Shown piece by piece: positions 8,102 through 16,094 of a stretch of DNA of 64,000 nt (position 1 is its first letter; each line of letters begins with the position of its first letter). A program made the position numbers and the translations under genes. The DNA is from Candidatus Eubacterium faecavium (GTDB taxonomy: Bacteria; Bacillota; Clostridia; Oscillospirales; Acutalibacteraceae), in assembly GCA_019116165.1 (NCBI GenBank), contig DXCE01000064.1, positions 2,943-66,942 of the forward strand. The letters run 5' to 3'. The notes beneath the pieces are model-generated. The model did no database searches and had not been told where the DNA came from. It was given only the letters and a program-made list of their open reading frames with translations.

Positions 8102-9163
8102 ATGACGAAAGAGGAACTTACGATTTTTAATGTGGGCTGCAATCTGGATACGCTCATGAACCTTGACCCGAGGGGATACGGCGTTTGCCGCATCCTTTAT
8201 GACGGCGCGCGCAAATTCACGGGCGAGCCGCTTTCCACAAACGGTGCAAAAGGACTTATAAAGCACATAAAAAAGGGCAAAAAGGTGTTCATTTTTACGG
8301 GATTCGTTCTGCTGCCGTGGGAGGAGGCGGAAACCGACGGCATAATCTCCTCCTGCATATTTGCGAAATTCATCATGAAAGCCTTTGGGGCAAAGCCTGT
8401 TCTTTTGATTCCGAGCCAGTGTGAAAAAGCGGTTAAGGCAATCTCCAACGTGCTTGATTTCGCTGTGACGGACGATATTGACGACAAGAGCGAAAACACC
8501 GTCACCTATGTGATCTTCACAAAGGAACGCGAGGAAGCGCCCATTCAGGCAAAAGAAATTCTTTCCCACGGAAAGCCCTGCGCCGCAATAAGCATTGAAG
8601 CGCCGGGAAGAAACAAAAACGGATATTACCATAATGCCGTAGGCGTGAACACAACAGGCGTTGAGGCAAAATACGACGTGCTGTTTAAAATGTGCCGTGA
8701 CGCCGAGATCTATAATCTTTCCATAGGAGATCTGGGCAATGAGATAGGCATGGCGGCAATCGAAGACCACATCAGAAAATATGTGCCCTATGCCGAAATC
8801 GGCGGCTGCAAAGCCGGCAGCGGATTTGGGATACTTGCAGACACGGTTGCGGACAACATTATCACCGCCACGGTTTCCGACTGGGGCTGCAACGCGCTTA
8901 TGGCGGCAACGGCGTTTCTGCTGAAAAAGCCCGAGCTTTTCCATGACACGGAAGAGCAGTCGGCGGCTATGGACGCTGCTGCGGCGGCAGGCATGCTGGA
9001 TATGTACGGCAAACCGCGCCCATATATAGACGGCATAGGAAAGAACATAAATCTGCCGCTCGTAGCTATGATGCGCGCGCTGATAGAATACCCCTCCACA
9101 GTTGAGGAAAAAACACGCGAGTGGTTTGAACACACGATTGAAAAGGGATACTTCACACGATGA
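8102..9163 (+). CDS. DUF4392-family protein (C-terminal module of D-glutamate cyclase-like enzymes)
   Basis: Motifs DPRG and IFTGF....ETDG match what I recall for DUF4392. AGAGG SD. The stop overlaps the pxpB start (ATGA). The family assignment is from memory only. Confidence 0.6.
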   Translation: MTKEELTIFNVGCNLDTLMNLDPRGYGVCRILYDGARKFTGEPLSTNGAKGLIKHIKKGKKVFIFTGFVLLPWEEAETDGIISSCIFAKFIMKAFGAKPVLLIPSQCEKAVKAISNVLDFAVTDDIDDKSENTVTYVIFTKEREEAPIQAKEILSHGKPCAAISIEAPGRNKNGYYHNAVGVNTTGVEAKYDVLFKMCRDAEIYNLSIGDLGNEIGMAAIEDHIRKYVPYAEIGGCKAGSGFGILADTVADNIITATVSDWGCNALMAATAFLLKKPELFHDTEEQSAAMDAAAAAGMLDMYGKPRPYIDGIGKNINLPLVAMMRALIEYPSTVEEKTREWFEHTIEKGYFTR

Positions 9164-9891
9164 GGGCAAAATTTTTACCGTGCGGCGACTGCGGCTTAAC
9201 CGTTCATTTCGGGAACGAGATCAACGAAAACATAAACAGGCTGGTCACCCGGTTCACTGCGGCGGCAGAGACCGCGCAGATCCCCGGAGTAACAGAGTAT
9301 ATACCTGCGTTTTGCAGCGTTACCGTTCTATATGACCCGCTTAAAACAACGCAAAAAGAGCTGATAAAACGGCTGAAAAAGGCGCAGAAAAAGCATACGG
9401 GTGAAAACGATTTCAAGCCTGTGCTTTATAAGATCCCCGTATGCTATGACGAGGAATTCGCGCCCGATATAGAGAGTGTTGAAAAGATCACGGGCCTGCG
9501 CAGAGAAGAGATCATCGATATACACACATCGCGCGACTATCCGATTTATATGCTCGGGTTTCTGCCGGGCTTTGCCTATCTCGGCGATATGGATGCGCGC
9601 ATTGCGGCGCCGCGTCTTGAAACGCCGAGAGTGAAGATACCGCGCGGCAGTGTTGGAATCGGCGGCAGCCAGACGGGAATTTATCCCTCCGACTCTCCGG
9701 GCGGATGGCGGCTGATAGGCAAAACGCCCGTAAGAGTCTATGATGACAGAAGAGACGAGCCTATTCTTTACCGTGCGGGAGACCGCATCAGATTTTTCAG
9801 GATATCCAAAGAGGAATTTCTGAAAATCGAGAAAGAATGTGAAAACGGCGTATATACAGCCGAATGCGAGGAGGTGCGCCGTGGGGATTAA
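9160..9891 (+). CDS. pxpB: 5-oxoprolinase subunit PxpB (KipI/AHS1 family)
   Basis: FLPCGD....V.FG near the N-terminus, YPIYMLGFLPGFAYLG, and GSVGIGGSQTGIYP, which is typical of KipI/PxpB. Confidence 0.85.
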   Translation: MRAKFLPCGDCGLTVHFGNEINENINRLVTRFTAAAETAQIPGVTEYIPAFCSVTVLYDPLKTTQKELIKRLKKAQKKHTGENDFKPVLYKIPVCYDEEFAPDIESVEKITGLRREEIIDIHTSRDYPIYMLGFLPGFAYLGDMDARIAAPRLETPRVKIPRGSVGIGGSQTGIYPSDSPGGWRLIGKTPVRVYDDRRDEPILYRAGDRIRFFRISKEEFLKIEKECENGVYTAECEEVRRGD

Positions 9892-10822
9892 GATCGTGCG
9901 CGGCGGTCTGCTCACGACCGTTCAGGATACGGGCCGCACAGGCTGCATGAAATACGGCTTTTCACAGTGCGGCGCGATGGACGCTGACGCCATGAAAACA
10001 GCAAACATTCTGCTTTCAAATGAGGAAAACGCCGCCGTGCTGGAAATGACGCTGAGCGGAATTGCCGCCGTGTTCACACAGGACTGCGCGATCTGCATCA
10101 GCGGCGCGCGTATGGAAGCGGCTCTCAACAAAATACCGATACGCACAAACAAGGTGTACGCGGTTTCGGCAGGAGACGTTTTGATCTGCGGAAAAACAAC
10201 AAGCGGAGCAAGATCCTATCTTGCCGTCAGCGGAGGAATAGACGTGCCGGAATATCTGGGCAGCCGTTCCACCGATCTGAAGGCAAAGGCGGGCGGCTTT
10301 GAGGGGCGCCGGCTGAAGACAGGCGATGATATTAAAATTCTGCCCCATAAAAAACCGAACCATATTGAAAAGCGTGAAACCGCCGAATTCAAATATAATA
10401 TGGGGATCGTGCTCAGAGCCGTGCCCGGTCCGCAGGATTCCATGTTTACCGAAGAGGATCTGAAGACTTTCTTTTCCTGCGAATACAAAGTTTCCGCCGA
10501 AGCGGACAGAATGGGCGTTCGTTTAAACGGCACGCCGCTTCAAGGCAGGGGCACAATGAACATAATTTCGGACGGCATTGCACCGGGCAGTGTTCAGGTG
10601 CCTGAAAGCGGACTTCCCATAATCCTTGCGGCAGACAGGCAGACAACAGGCGGCTACGCCAAGATTGCAACGGTCATATCGGCAGATATGCCGCTGCTGG
10701 CTCAGGTTCTGCCCGGGCATTATGTGAGATTCAGAGAAGTATCCGTCAAAGAAGCCGAAAACGCGGCAAAAGCCCGAAAAGAAAAATTCGACAAATTAAA
10801 AGAATATATAAACAATATTTAA
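9881..10822 (+). CDS. pxpC: 5-oxoprolinase subunit PxpC (KipA/AHS2 family)
   Basis: N-terminus (V)GIKIVRGGLLTTVQDTGR, and later DRQTTGGYAKIA. I prefer the GTG at 9881, which has a GAGGAGG SD 6 nt upstream and overlaps the pxpB stop. Confidence 0.85.
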   Translation: MGIKIVRGGLLTTVQDTGRTGCMKYGFSQCGAMDADAMKTANILLSNEENAAVLEMTLSGIAAVFTQDCAICISGARMEAALNKIPIRTNKVYAVSAGDVLICGKTTSGARSYLAVSGGIDVPEYLGSRSTDLKAKAGGFEGRRLKTGDDIKILPHKKPNHIEKRETAEFKYNMGIVLRAVPGPQDSMFTEEDLKTFFSCEYKVSAEADRMGVRLNGTPLQGRGTMNIISDGIAPGSVQVPESGLPIILAADRQTTGGYAKIATVISADMPLLAQVLPGHYVRFREVSVKEAENAAKARKEKFDKLKEYINNI

Positions 10823-10835
10823 GAACGGTGAAAAT

Positions 10836-11618
10836 ATGGACTATTCATCAATGAACCCGAAAGAAATCAGAACGCTTATAAAAGAACAGAAGATCACCGG
10901 GCAGACAAGCGGAATGTGCGCCGGATACGCGCAGGCAAACCTTTGCATACTGCCGAAAGACCTTGCCTTTGATTTTCTTCTTTTCTGCAACAGGAATCCG
11001 AAACCCTGCCCCGTGCTCGAGGTTGGAGACGCAGGCTCAAGGGTCATCAGGGAAATGGCTGACCATGCTGACGTTGCGACCGATTTTCCAAAATACAGAA
11101 TTTGGAAAAACGGTTTGCTAGCAGAGGAAGTAACGGATATCTCGGATATTTGGCAGGATGATTTTGTTTACTTTCTTATAGGCTGCTCCTTTTCTTTTGA
11201 GGCAGAACTGCTTGAAGCCGGAATACCCGTGCGCCATATAGAAGAAAACAGGAATGTGCCCATGTTCAATACAAATATTCCGCTGAAAAAAGCCGGAATA
11301 TTCGGAGGAAATATGGTGGTATCTATGCGCCCTATCCCCTATGACCTTGTTGTTAAGGCGGTCAATGTTACGGCGGCAATGCCGAGGGTACACGGCGCTC
11401 CGATACATATAGGAGACCCTGAACGCATAGGGATAAACGACATTTCAAAGCCCGATTACGGAGAAGCCGTCACCGTCAGAGACGGAGAAGTTCCCGTTTT
11501 CTGGCCCTGCGGAGTGACTCCGCAGAATGCTGTTATGAACGCAAAGCCTCCGATAGCGATAACGCATTCGCCCGGGCATATGTTTATAACGGATGTTAAA
11601 AATGCAAGCCTTAAGTAA
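10836..11618 (+). CDS. DUF1445/UPF0317 putative hydro-lyase (YcsI-like; D-glutamate cyclase family)
   Basis: TSGMCAGYAQANLCILPKDLAFDFLLFCNRNPKPCPVLEV is the hallmark N-terminal block of UPF0317/DUF1445. Confidence 0.85.
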   Translation: MDYSSMNPKEIRTLIKEQKITGQTSGMCAGYAQANLCILPKDLAFDFLLFCNRNPKPCPVLEVGDAGSRVIREMADHADVATDFPKYRIWKNGLLAEEVTDISDIWQDDFVYFLIGCSFSFEAELLEAGIPVRHIEENRNVPMFNTNIPLKKAGIFGGNMVVSMRPIPYDLVVKAVNVTAAMPRVHGAPIHIGDPERIGINDISKPDYGEAVTVRDGEVPVFWPCGVTPQNAVMNAKPPIAITHSPGHMFITDVKNASLK

Positions 11619-11632
11619 GAAAGTGTGATACG

Positions 11633-12415
11633 GTGTATAAGATAAACTTAAACTGCGACCTCGGAGAGGGCGCAGGAGCGGACGGGATAATAATACCCCA
11701 CATTAACAGCGCGAACATCGCCTGCGGATTTCACGCAGGTGACGCAAATATTATGGCGGATACCCTAAGGCTCTGCAAAGAGCACAAAACCGGCGCCGGG
11801 GCGCATCCAGGGTATCCGGACAAAGAAAATTTCGGCAGAACAAAAATGGAACTGACCGCCGAAGAAATCTACAATATAACGCTCTATCAGCTCGGAGCGC
11901 TGGGCGCAATGGCAAAATCTGAAGGCGTTAAGCTTGAACACGTAAAGGCCCACGGCGCAATGTATAATGCCGCAGCGAAAGACAGAGCGCTTGCAGACGC
12001 GATTGCCGCAGCCGTGTACGATTATGACAAAGACCTGATTCTGCTTGCTCTTTCGGGTTCCGAAATGATAAATGCGGCAAAAGCCGCAGGACTGAGATAC
12101 GCAAGCGAGGTCTTTGCCGACCGTGCGTATGAAGCGGACGGTACGCTCAGAGCGCGCGGGCTTGACGGGGCTATGATAGAAGACGAGAACGAAGCGGTAG
12201 ATCGTGTTATAAGAATGGCAAAATTCGGTAAAGTAAAAGCCTTTACAGGCGAGGATATCGATATAGAAGCGCATTCCGTGTGTGTGCACGGAGACGGTCC
12301 CAAAGCCATCGAATTTGTAAAAAAACTGAACACGGCTTTCCGGGATGATCATATTGAGACAGTTTCACTTTCAGAGGTAATTGATTCATGTTTTTCAGAA
12401 CCGAAGCCGCAATAG
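11633..12415 (+). CDS. pxpA: 5-oxoprolinase subunit PxpA (LamB/YcsF family)
   Basis: (V)YKINLNCDLGEG....SANIACGFHAGD is the LamB/YcsF signature. GTG start. Confidence 0.85.
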   Translation: MYKINLNCDLGEGAGADGIIIPHINSANIACGFHAGDANIMADTLRLCKEHKTGAGAHPGYPDKENFGRTKMELTAEEIYNITLYQLGALGAMAKSEGVKLEHVKAHGAMYNAAAKDRALADAIAAAVYDYDKDLILLALSGSEMINAAKAAGLRYASEVFADRAYEADGTLRARGLDGAMIEDENEAVDRVIRMAKFGKVKAFTGEDIDIEAHSVCVHGDGPKAIEFVKKLNTAFRDDHIETVSLSEVIDSCFSEPKPQ

Positions 12416-13536
12416 ATCTTGATGCGGCTGAACATAATTTTAATGTTACAAGGGCAAAGCTTCCAAAAGATGTTAAACTGCTTTGCGTGATAAAGGCGGA
12501 CGCTTACGGTCACGGTGCCGTGCCGCTTGCCCGACTGTTTGACGGCAAGGCGGATTTTTTCGGCGTTGCCTGCATAGAAGAAGCGATTGAACTGAAAAAG
12601 GCGGATATAAAAACCCCGATACTTATTCTGGGAGCGGTCGCGCCCGAGCTTTACAAAGATATTGTAAAATATGATATACGAATTCCTATCTTCAGCTATG
12701 ATGACGCAAAAGCGCTTTCTAAGGAGGCGGTCAGACAGGGAAAGACCGTTCCTTTTCACTTCTGCGTTGACACGGGTATGAGCCGCATAGGATTTCAGGT
12801 GAACAAGGAGAGCGCCGATATCTGCAAGGAAATAATCCGGCTTCCTATGATCACTGCAGAAGGGCTGTTTTCCCATTTCGCAACGGCGGATGAAAAAGAT
12901 CTGACAAAAGCCGTTGCGCAGAGGGATAAGTTCAGGGAATTCATAGAATTGCTGGAGGAGCGCGGGATAGATATTCCCGTCAAGCATATAAACAATTCCG
13001 CCGGGATAATGAATTTTGACGATTATTTTGATATGTGCCGTATGGGTATCATTCTTTACGGGCTTTATCCCTCCCACGAGGTGGATAAAAGCCTGCTTGA
13101 AATAAGACCCGTTATGGAATGGAGAACACACATCTCGCACATCAAAGAGCTTGAAGCAGGGCGCGAGATATCTTACGGCGGAACTTACACAACGGATAAA
13201 ACACGCAGGATAGCAACGATTCCCGTGGGATACGCGGACGGATACCCGAGATGCCTTTCAAACAGGGGAAGCGTGCTTATAAACGGGCAGAGCGCTCCGA
13301 TCGTAGGCAGAGTATGCATGGATCAGTTTATGGTGGATATCACTCAGATCTGCGCCGACATCGGAGACACGGTTATCCTTGTGGGAAAAAGCGGGTCAAA
13401 CGAGCTGAGCATGGAAGAGGTTTCTGAGAGCGCATACTCGTTCAACTATGAGCTGCCCTGCCGAATATCGCGCAGAGTGCCGCGCACATACTATCGAAAC
13501 GGAAAGCTTGTTTTTTCGACCAACTATTTGTACTGA
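12388..13536 (+). CDS. alr: alanine racemase
   Basis: PLP-lysine motif VIKADAYGHG and the C-terminal block YADGYPR....GRVCMDQ. Overlaps the pxpA 3' end by 28 nt. Confidence 0.9.
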   Translation: MFFRTEAAIDLDAAEHNFNVTRAKLPKDVKLLCVIKADAYGHGAVPLARLFDGKADFFGVACIEEAIELKKADIKTPILILGAVAPELYKDIVKYDIRIPIFSYDDAKALSKEAVRQGKTVPFHFCVDTGMSRIGFQVNKESADICKEIIRLPMITAEGLFSHFATADEKDLTKAVAQRDKFREFIELLEERGIDIPVKHINNSAGIMNFDDYFDMCRMGIILYGLYPSHEVDKSLLEIRPVMEWRTHISHIKELEAGREISYGGTYTTDKTRRIATIPVGYADGYPRCLSNRGSVLINGQSAPIVGRVCMDQFMVDITQICADIGDTVILVGKSGSNELSMEEVSESAYSFNYELPCRISRRVPRTYYRNGKLVFSTNYLY

Positions 13537-13559
13537 TAAATGAAAAAGAGGTTAAAAAT

Positions 13560-14111
13560 ATGCAGCTTTTTAACGGCAGACCCGCAGATTTGAGCGGAAG
13601 GCTTCAGAAAGAAATACGGGTTTATGACATACTGGATGAACTCGGAATCGAATATCAAAGAGTCGACCATTCCCCCGCCCGGACTATGGAGGACTGTGAG
13701 AGAATAGAAAAAGTTTTGGGTGTTGAGATATGCAAAAACCTTTTTTTACGCAACAGGCAGAAAACCGAATTCTACCTGCTGATGATGCCGGGCTCAAAGC
13801 CGTTTAAAACAAAGGATATAACAAAACAGCTCGGCTGCGCGCGTCTTTCTTTCGCAGAGCCGGAGTTTATGCAGGAATTCCTTGATATCACCCCGGGGTC
13901 TGTCTCTGTTTTAGGGCTTATGAACGATAAGGAAAACAGGGTGCGCCTTGTAATAGACAAAGATATATTAAACAGCGAATACATAGGCTGCCACCCATGC
14001 ATAAACACATCAAGCCTGGCGATAAAAACAAGTGATATTTTAAATAAATTTCTTAAGGCTGTTGCGCACGAGCCAAGAACAGTTGATATGCCCCTGTACG
14101 GTGAAGAATGA
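13560..14111 (+). CDS. YbaK/ProX-like aminoacyl-tRNA deacylase domain protein
   Basis: 183 aa. The KNLFLRN...FYLLMMPG...LSFA...PG.VS..GL pattern matches the prolyl-tRNA-synthetase-associated (YbaK) domain. AGAGG SD. Confidence 0.7.
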   Translation: MQLFNGRPADLSGRLQKEIRVYDILDELGIEYQRVDHSPARTMEDCERIEKVLGVEICKNLFLRNRQKTEFYLLMMPGSKPFKTKDITKQLGCARLSFAEPEFMQEFLDITPGSVSVLGLMNDKENRVRLVIDKDILNSEYIGCHPCINTSSLAIKTSDILNKFLKAVAHEPRTVDMPLYGEE

Positions 14112-14881
14112 TGGGTATACTGATCTGCCCCGTGTGCGGCAATGAACTGAAAAAAGAGGAAAAACGCCTTTTTTGCCGCAGCGGGCACAGTTTTGATGTT
14201 GCAAAAGAGGGATATGTAAACCTGCTTACAGGCAGCAGGAGCGCAAGTAAAACCGGCGACAGTAAAGAATCCGCACGCGCGCGGCATACATTTCTGCAAA
14301 AGGGTTATTTTTCTTTTTTAAAAGAGGATATATCAAGAAAATTCTGCGGAACAGTGCTTGATATATGCTGCGGCGAAGGGTATTACGATGATTACGGCGG
14401 CGAGCTTTACGGGTTTGATCTGAGCAAAGAAATGGTGCGCCTTGCGGCAAAGCGCAGGAACGGCGGATGCTACTTTGTTGCGAATCTAAAATCCATTCCG
14501 ATCCAAAGGGAAAGCATCGACACGGCTATCCACATCTTTGCACCTTTTCATGCGGCGGAGTTTGCGCGTGTGCTGAAAAAGGACGGCAGGCTTTACAGCG
14601 TTGTTCCCGCCCCGGAGCATTTGTTTGAGCTTAAAAAGCTTATTTACGACTCGCCGTATCTGAACGATGAAAACCATCCCGGCGGCAGCGGATTAACGCT
14701 TGTATCAAAACAGACCGTAAGCCAAACGGCCGACATTCCCGTAAACGATCTGCAAACGCTGTTTGCAATGACGCCGTATTATTACCGCACAAGTGAAAGA
14801 GACAGGAAAAAGATAAACAGCGTGGAATCGCTCGAAACAACGCTGAGCTTTACGATACTTGAATATAAAAAAGAGGAGTAA
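14108..14881 (+). CDS. RlmA-like 23S rRNA (guanine-N1)-methyltransferase
   Basis: N-terminal Zn-ribbon block CPVCG....L.C..GHSFD.AKEGYVNLL, then a class I SAM-MTase fold (VLDICCGEGYY). ATGA overlap with the preceding gene. Confidence 0.7.
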   Translation: MMGILICPVCGNELKKEEKRLFCRSGHSFDVAKEGYVNLLTGSRSASKTGDSKESARARHTFLQKGYFSFLKEDISRKFCGTVLDICCGEGYYDDYGGELYGFDLSKEMVRLAAKRRNGGCYFVANLKSIPIQRESIDTAIHIFAPFHAAEFARVLKKDGRLYSVVPAPEHLFELKKLIYDSPYLNDENHPGGSGLTLVSKQTVSQTADIPVNDLQTLFAMTPYYYRTSERDRKKINSVESLETTLSFTILEYKKEE

Positions 14882-14906
14882 ACAAATTTGCTTACTCCTC
14901 TTTTTG
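14873..14906 (+). terminator. rho-independent terminator ending the dat-to-rlmA operon
   Basis: Stem GAGGAGTAA / TTACTCCTC followed by TTTTT. Confidence 0.7.
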
Positions 14907-14977
14907 CTGCGCCGTTTTTTGAATCGGCAACCACACGGTAAATTGCGCAGATAAAACAAATTGTAATATTTTCAGTA

Positions 14978-15006
14978 TTGAAAATAAGATATTTAATTGA
15001 TATAAT
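14978..15006 (+). promoter_or_regulatory. sigma-A promoter (TTGAAA-17-TATAAT)
   Basis: Near-consensus hexamers with an exact 17-nt spacer. The predicted transcription start is about 15013, at the foot of the long leader hairpin. Confidence 0.6.
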
Positions 15007-15010
15007 TAGG

Positions 15011-15118
15011 GTGCGACACAGTTTAATCATTTTCAAAGCAGGCATACTATTATCAACAAAGAGGTAAAAATGTATGCCCCGTTTTCATTTTCTGCTTTGA
15101 AATGAACTGTGTCGCAAC
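15011..15118 (+). promoter_or_regulatory. long imperfect leader hairpin (about 31 bp in four helices) enclosing a mini-ORF
   Basis: Base pairs 15012-15023/15105-15116 (12 perfect), 15028-15032/15100-15104, 15034-15041/15092-15099 and 15042-15047/15072-15077. The apical loop carries a GAGG SD. Confidence 0.6.
15070..15105 (+). CDS. candidate leader peptide (11 aa, MYAPFSFSALK)
   Basis: A GAGG lies 5 nt upstream of the ATG, in the hairpin loop. The ORF runs down the 3' arm of the hairpin. It is too short for the ORF track. Confidence 0.4.
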   Translation: MYAPFSFSALK

Positions 15119-15139
15119 AGAGCTGGGCTGCGTTTTTCG

Positions 15140-15168
15140 GTGCGCGGCTTTGGCTGCGCACTTTTTTT
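15140..15168 (+). terminator. intrinsic terminator within the 5' leader (attenuator candidate)
   Basis: Stem GTGCGCGGC-tttg-GCTGCGCAC followed by T7, 24 nt upstream of the ABC ATPase start codon. Confidence 0.7.
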
Positions 15169-15192
15169 AATAAGCGCATATGGAGGAAGAAT

Positions 15193-16083
15193 ATGAAGCT
15201 TGAACTGAAAGAAATAACGAAAAGCTTTACCGGCAAGCAGGTGCTTAAAGGCATATCGCTGAGTGCGAACAGCGGCACGGCGTTTGGAATCCTCGGCAGA
15301 AACGGCGCAGGAAAGACCACCACCATAAGAATCCTTATGAATGTGTTTCCTGCCGACAGCGGAGAGATCCTTATTGACGGCAAAAAGATCGATTACAAAA
15401 AAATAAAGCTCGGTTATCTGCCTGAAGAGCGCGGACTGTATCCAAAGAAAAAAATAAACGATCAGCTCATGTATTTTGCTCGTTTGAACGGAATGACGGC
15501 AAAGGACGCACAGAAAACAATAGACTTCTGGCTTGAACGCCTTGGCATGACCGAGTACAAAAACAAAAAGCTCAATACGCTTTCAAAGGGCAATCAGCAA
15601 AAGATACAGCTTATAACCGCAATCGCCCACGACCCGGATATCATCATACTTGACGAGCCGTTTTCAGGGCTGGACCCTGTCAACGCCATGCTGCTTGAGG
15701 ATGTTGTGAAAGAGGAGATTGCTGACGGAAAGATTGTTCTTTTTTCAAGCCATCAGATGAATTATATAGAGGAATTCTGCGATTCCATAGCAATATTGAA
15801 CGGCGGCAAAATCGTTCTGAACGGTGATCTAAAGGAAATAAAGCATAGCTTTTCAAACAATAAAATTGCCGTTCTCACAAATGAAAAAGAAAAAATAACA
15901 GAACTTTACGGTGATCGGTGCAGCCAAAATGAAAACGGCGAATTCATAATTCGTCTAAACAAAGATGAACCCGCACAGGCGGCTATGCAAAGGATAACTG
16001 CCTGCTGCAAGGTCGATTCCGTAAGGATTTATGAGCCTTCTTTAAACGACATATTTGTTGAATATGCCGGAGACCAAATTTAG
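15193..16083 (+). CDS. ABC transporter ATP-binding protein (ABC-2/NatA/YhaQ-like)
   Basis: Walker A GRNGAGKTT, signature LSKGNQQK, Walker B IIILDEPFSGLD. A GGAGGA SD precedes the ATG at 15193. Confidence 0.9.
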   Translation: MKLELKEITKSFTGKQVLKGISLSANSGTAFGILGRNGAGKTTTIRILMNVFPADSGEILIDGKKIDYKKIKLGYLPEERGLYPKKKINDQLMYFARLNGMTAKDAQKTIDFWLERLGMTEYKNKKLNTLSKGNQQKIQLITAIAHDPDIIILDEPFSGLDPVNAMLLEDVVKEEIADGKIVLFSSHQMNYIEEFCDSIAILNGGKIVLNGDLKEIKHSFSNNKIAVLTNEKEKITELYGDRCSQNENGEFIIRLNKDEPAQAAMQRITACCKVDSVRIYEPSLNDIFVEYAGDQI

Positions 16084-16094
16084 GAGGTGCAGAT

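Noticed and set aside
8096-9169. 357-aa minus-strand ORF spanning the whole DUF4392 gene
   Set aside because: It is an antisense shadow ORF. Its composition is Cys/Arg/Phe-rich and it has no SD or recognisable motifs. The plus-strand frame has an SD, is translationally coupled to pxpB, and carries family motifs.
12349-13140. 263-aa minus-strand ORF inside alr
   Set aside because: It is antisense to a confidently identified alanine racemase (PLP-Lys motif). No motifs or SD.
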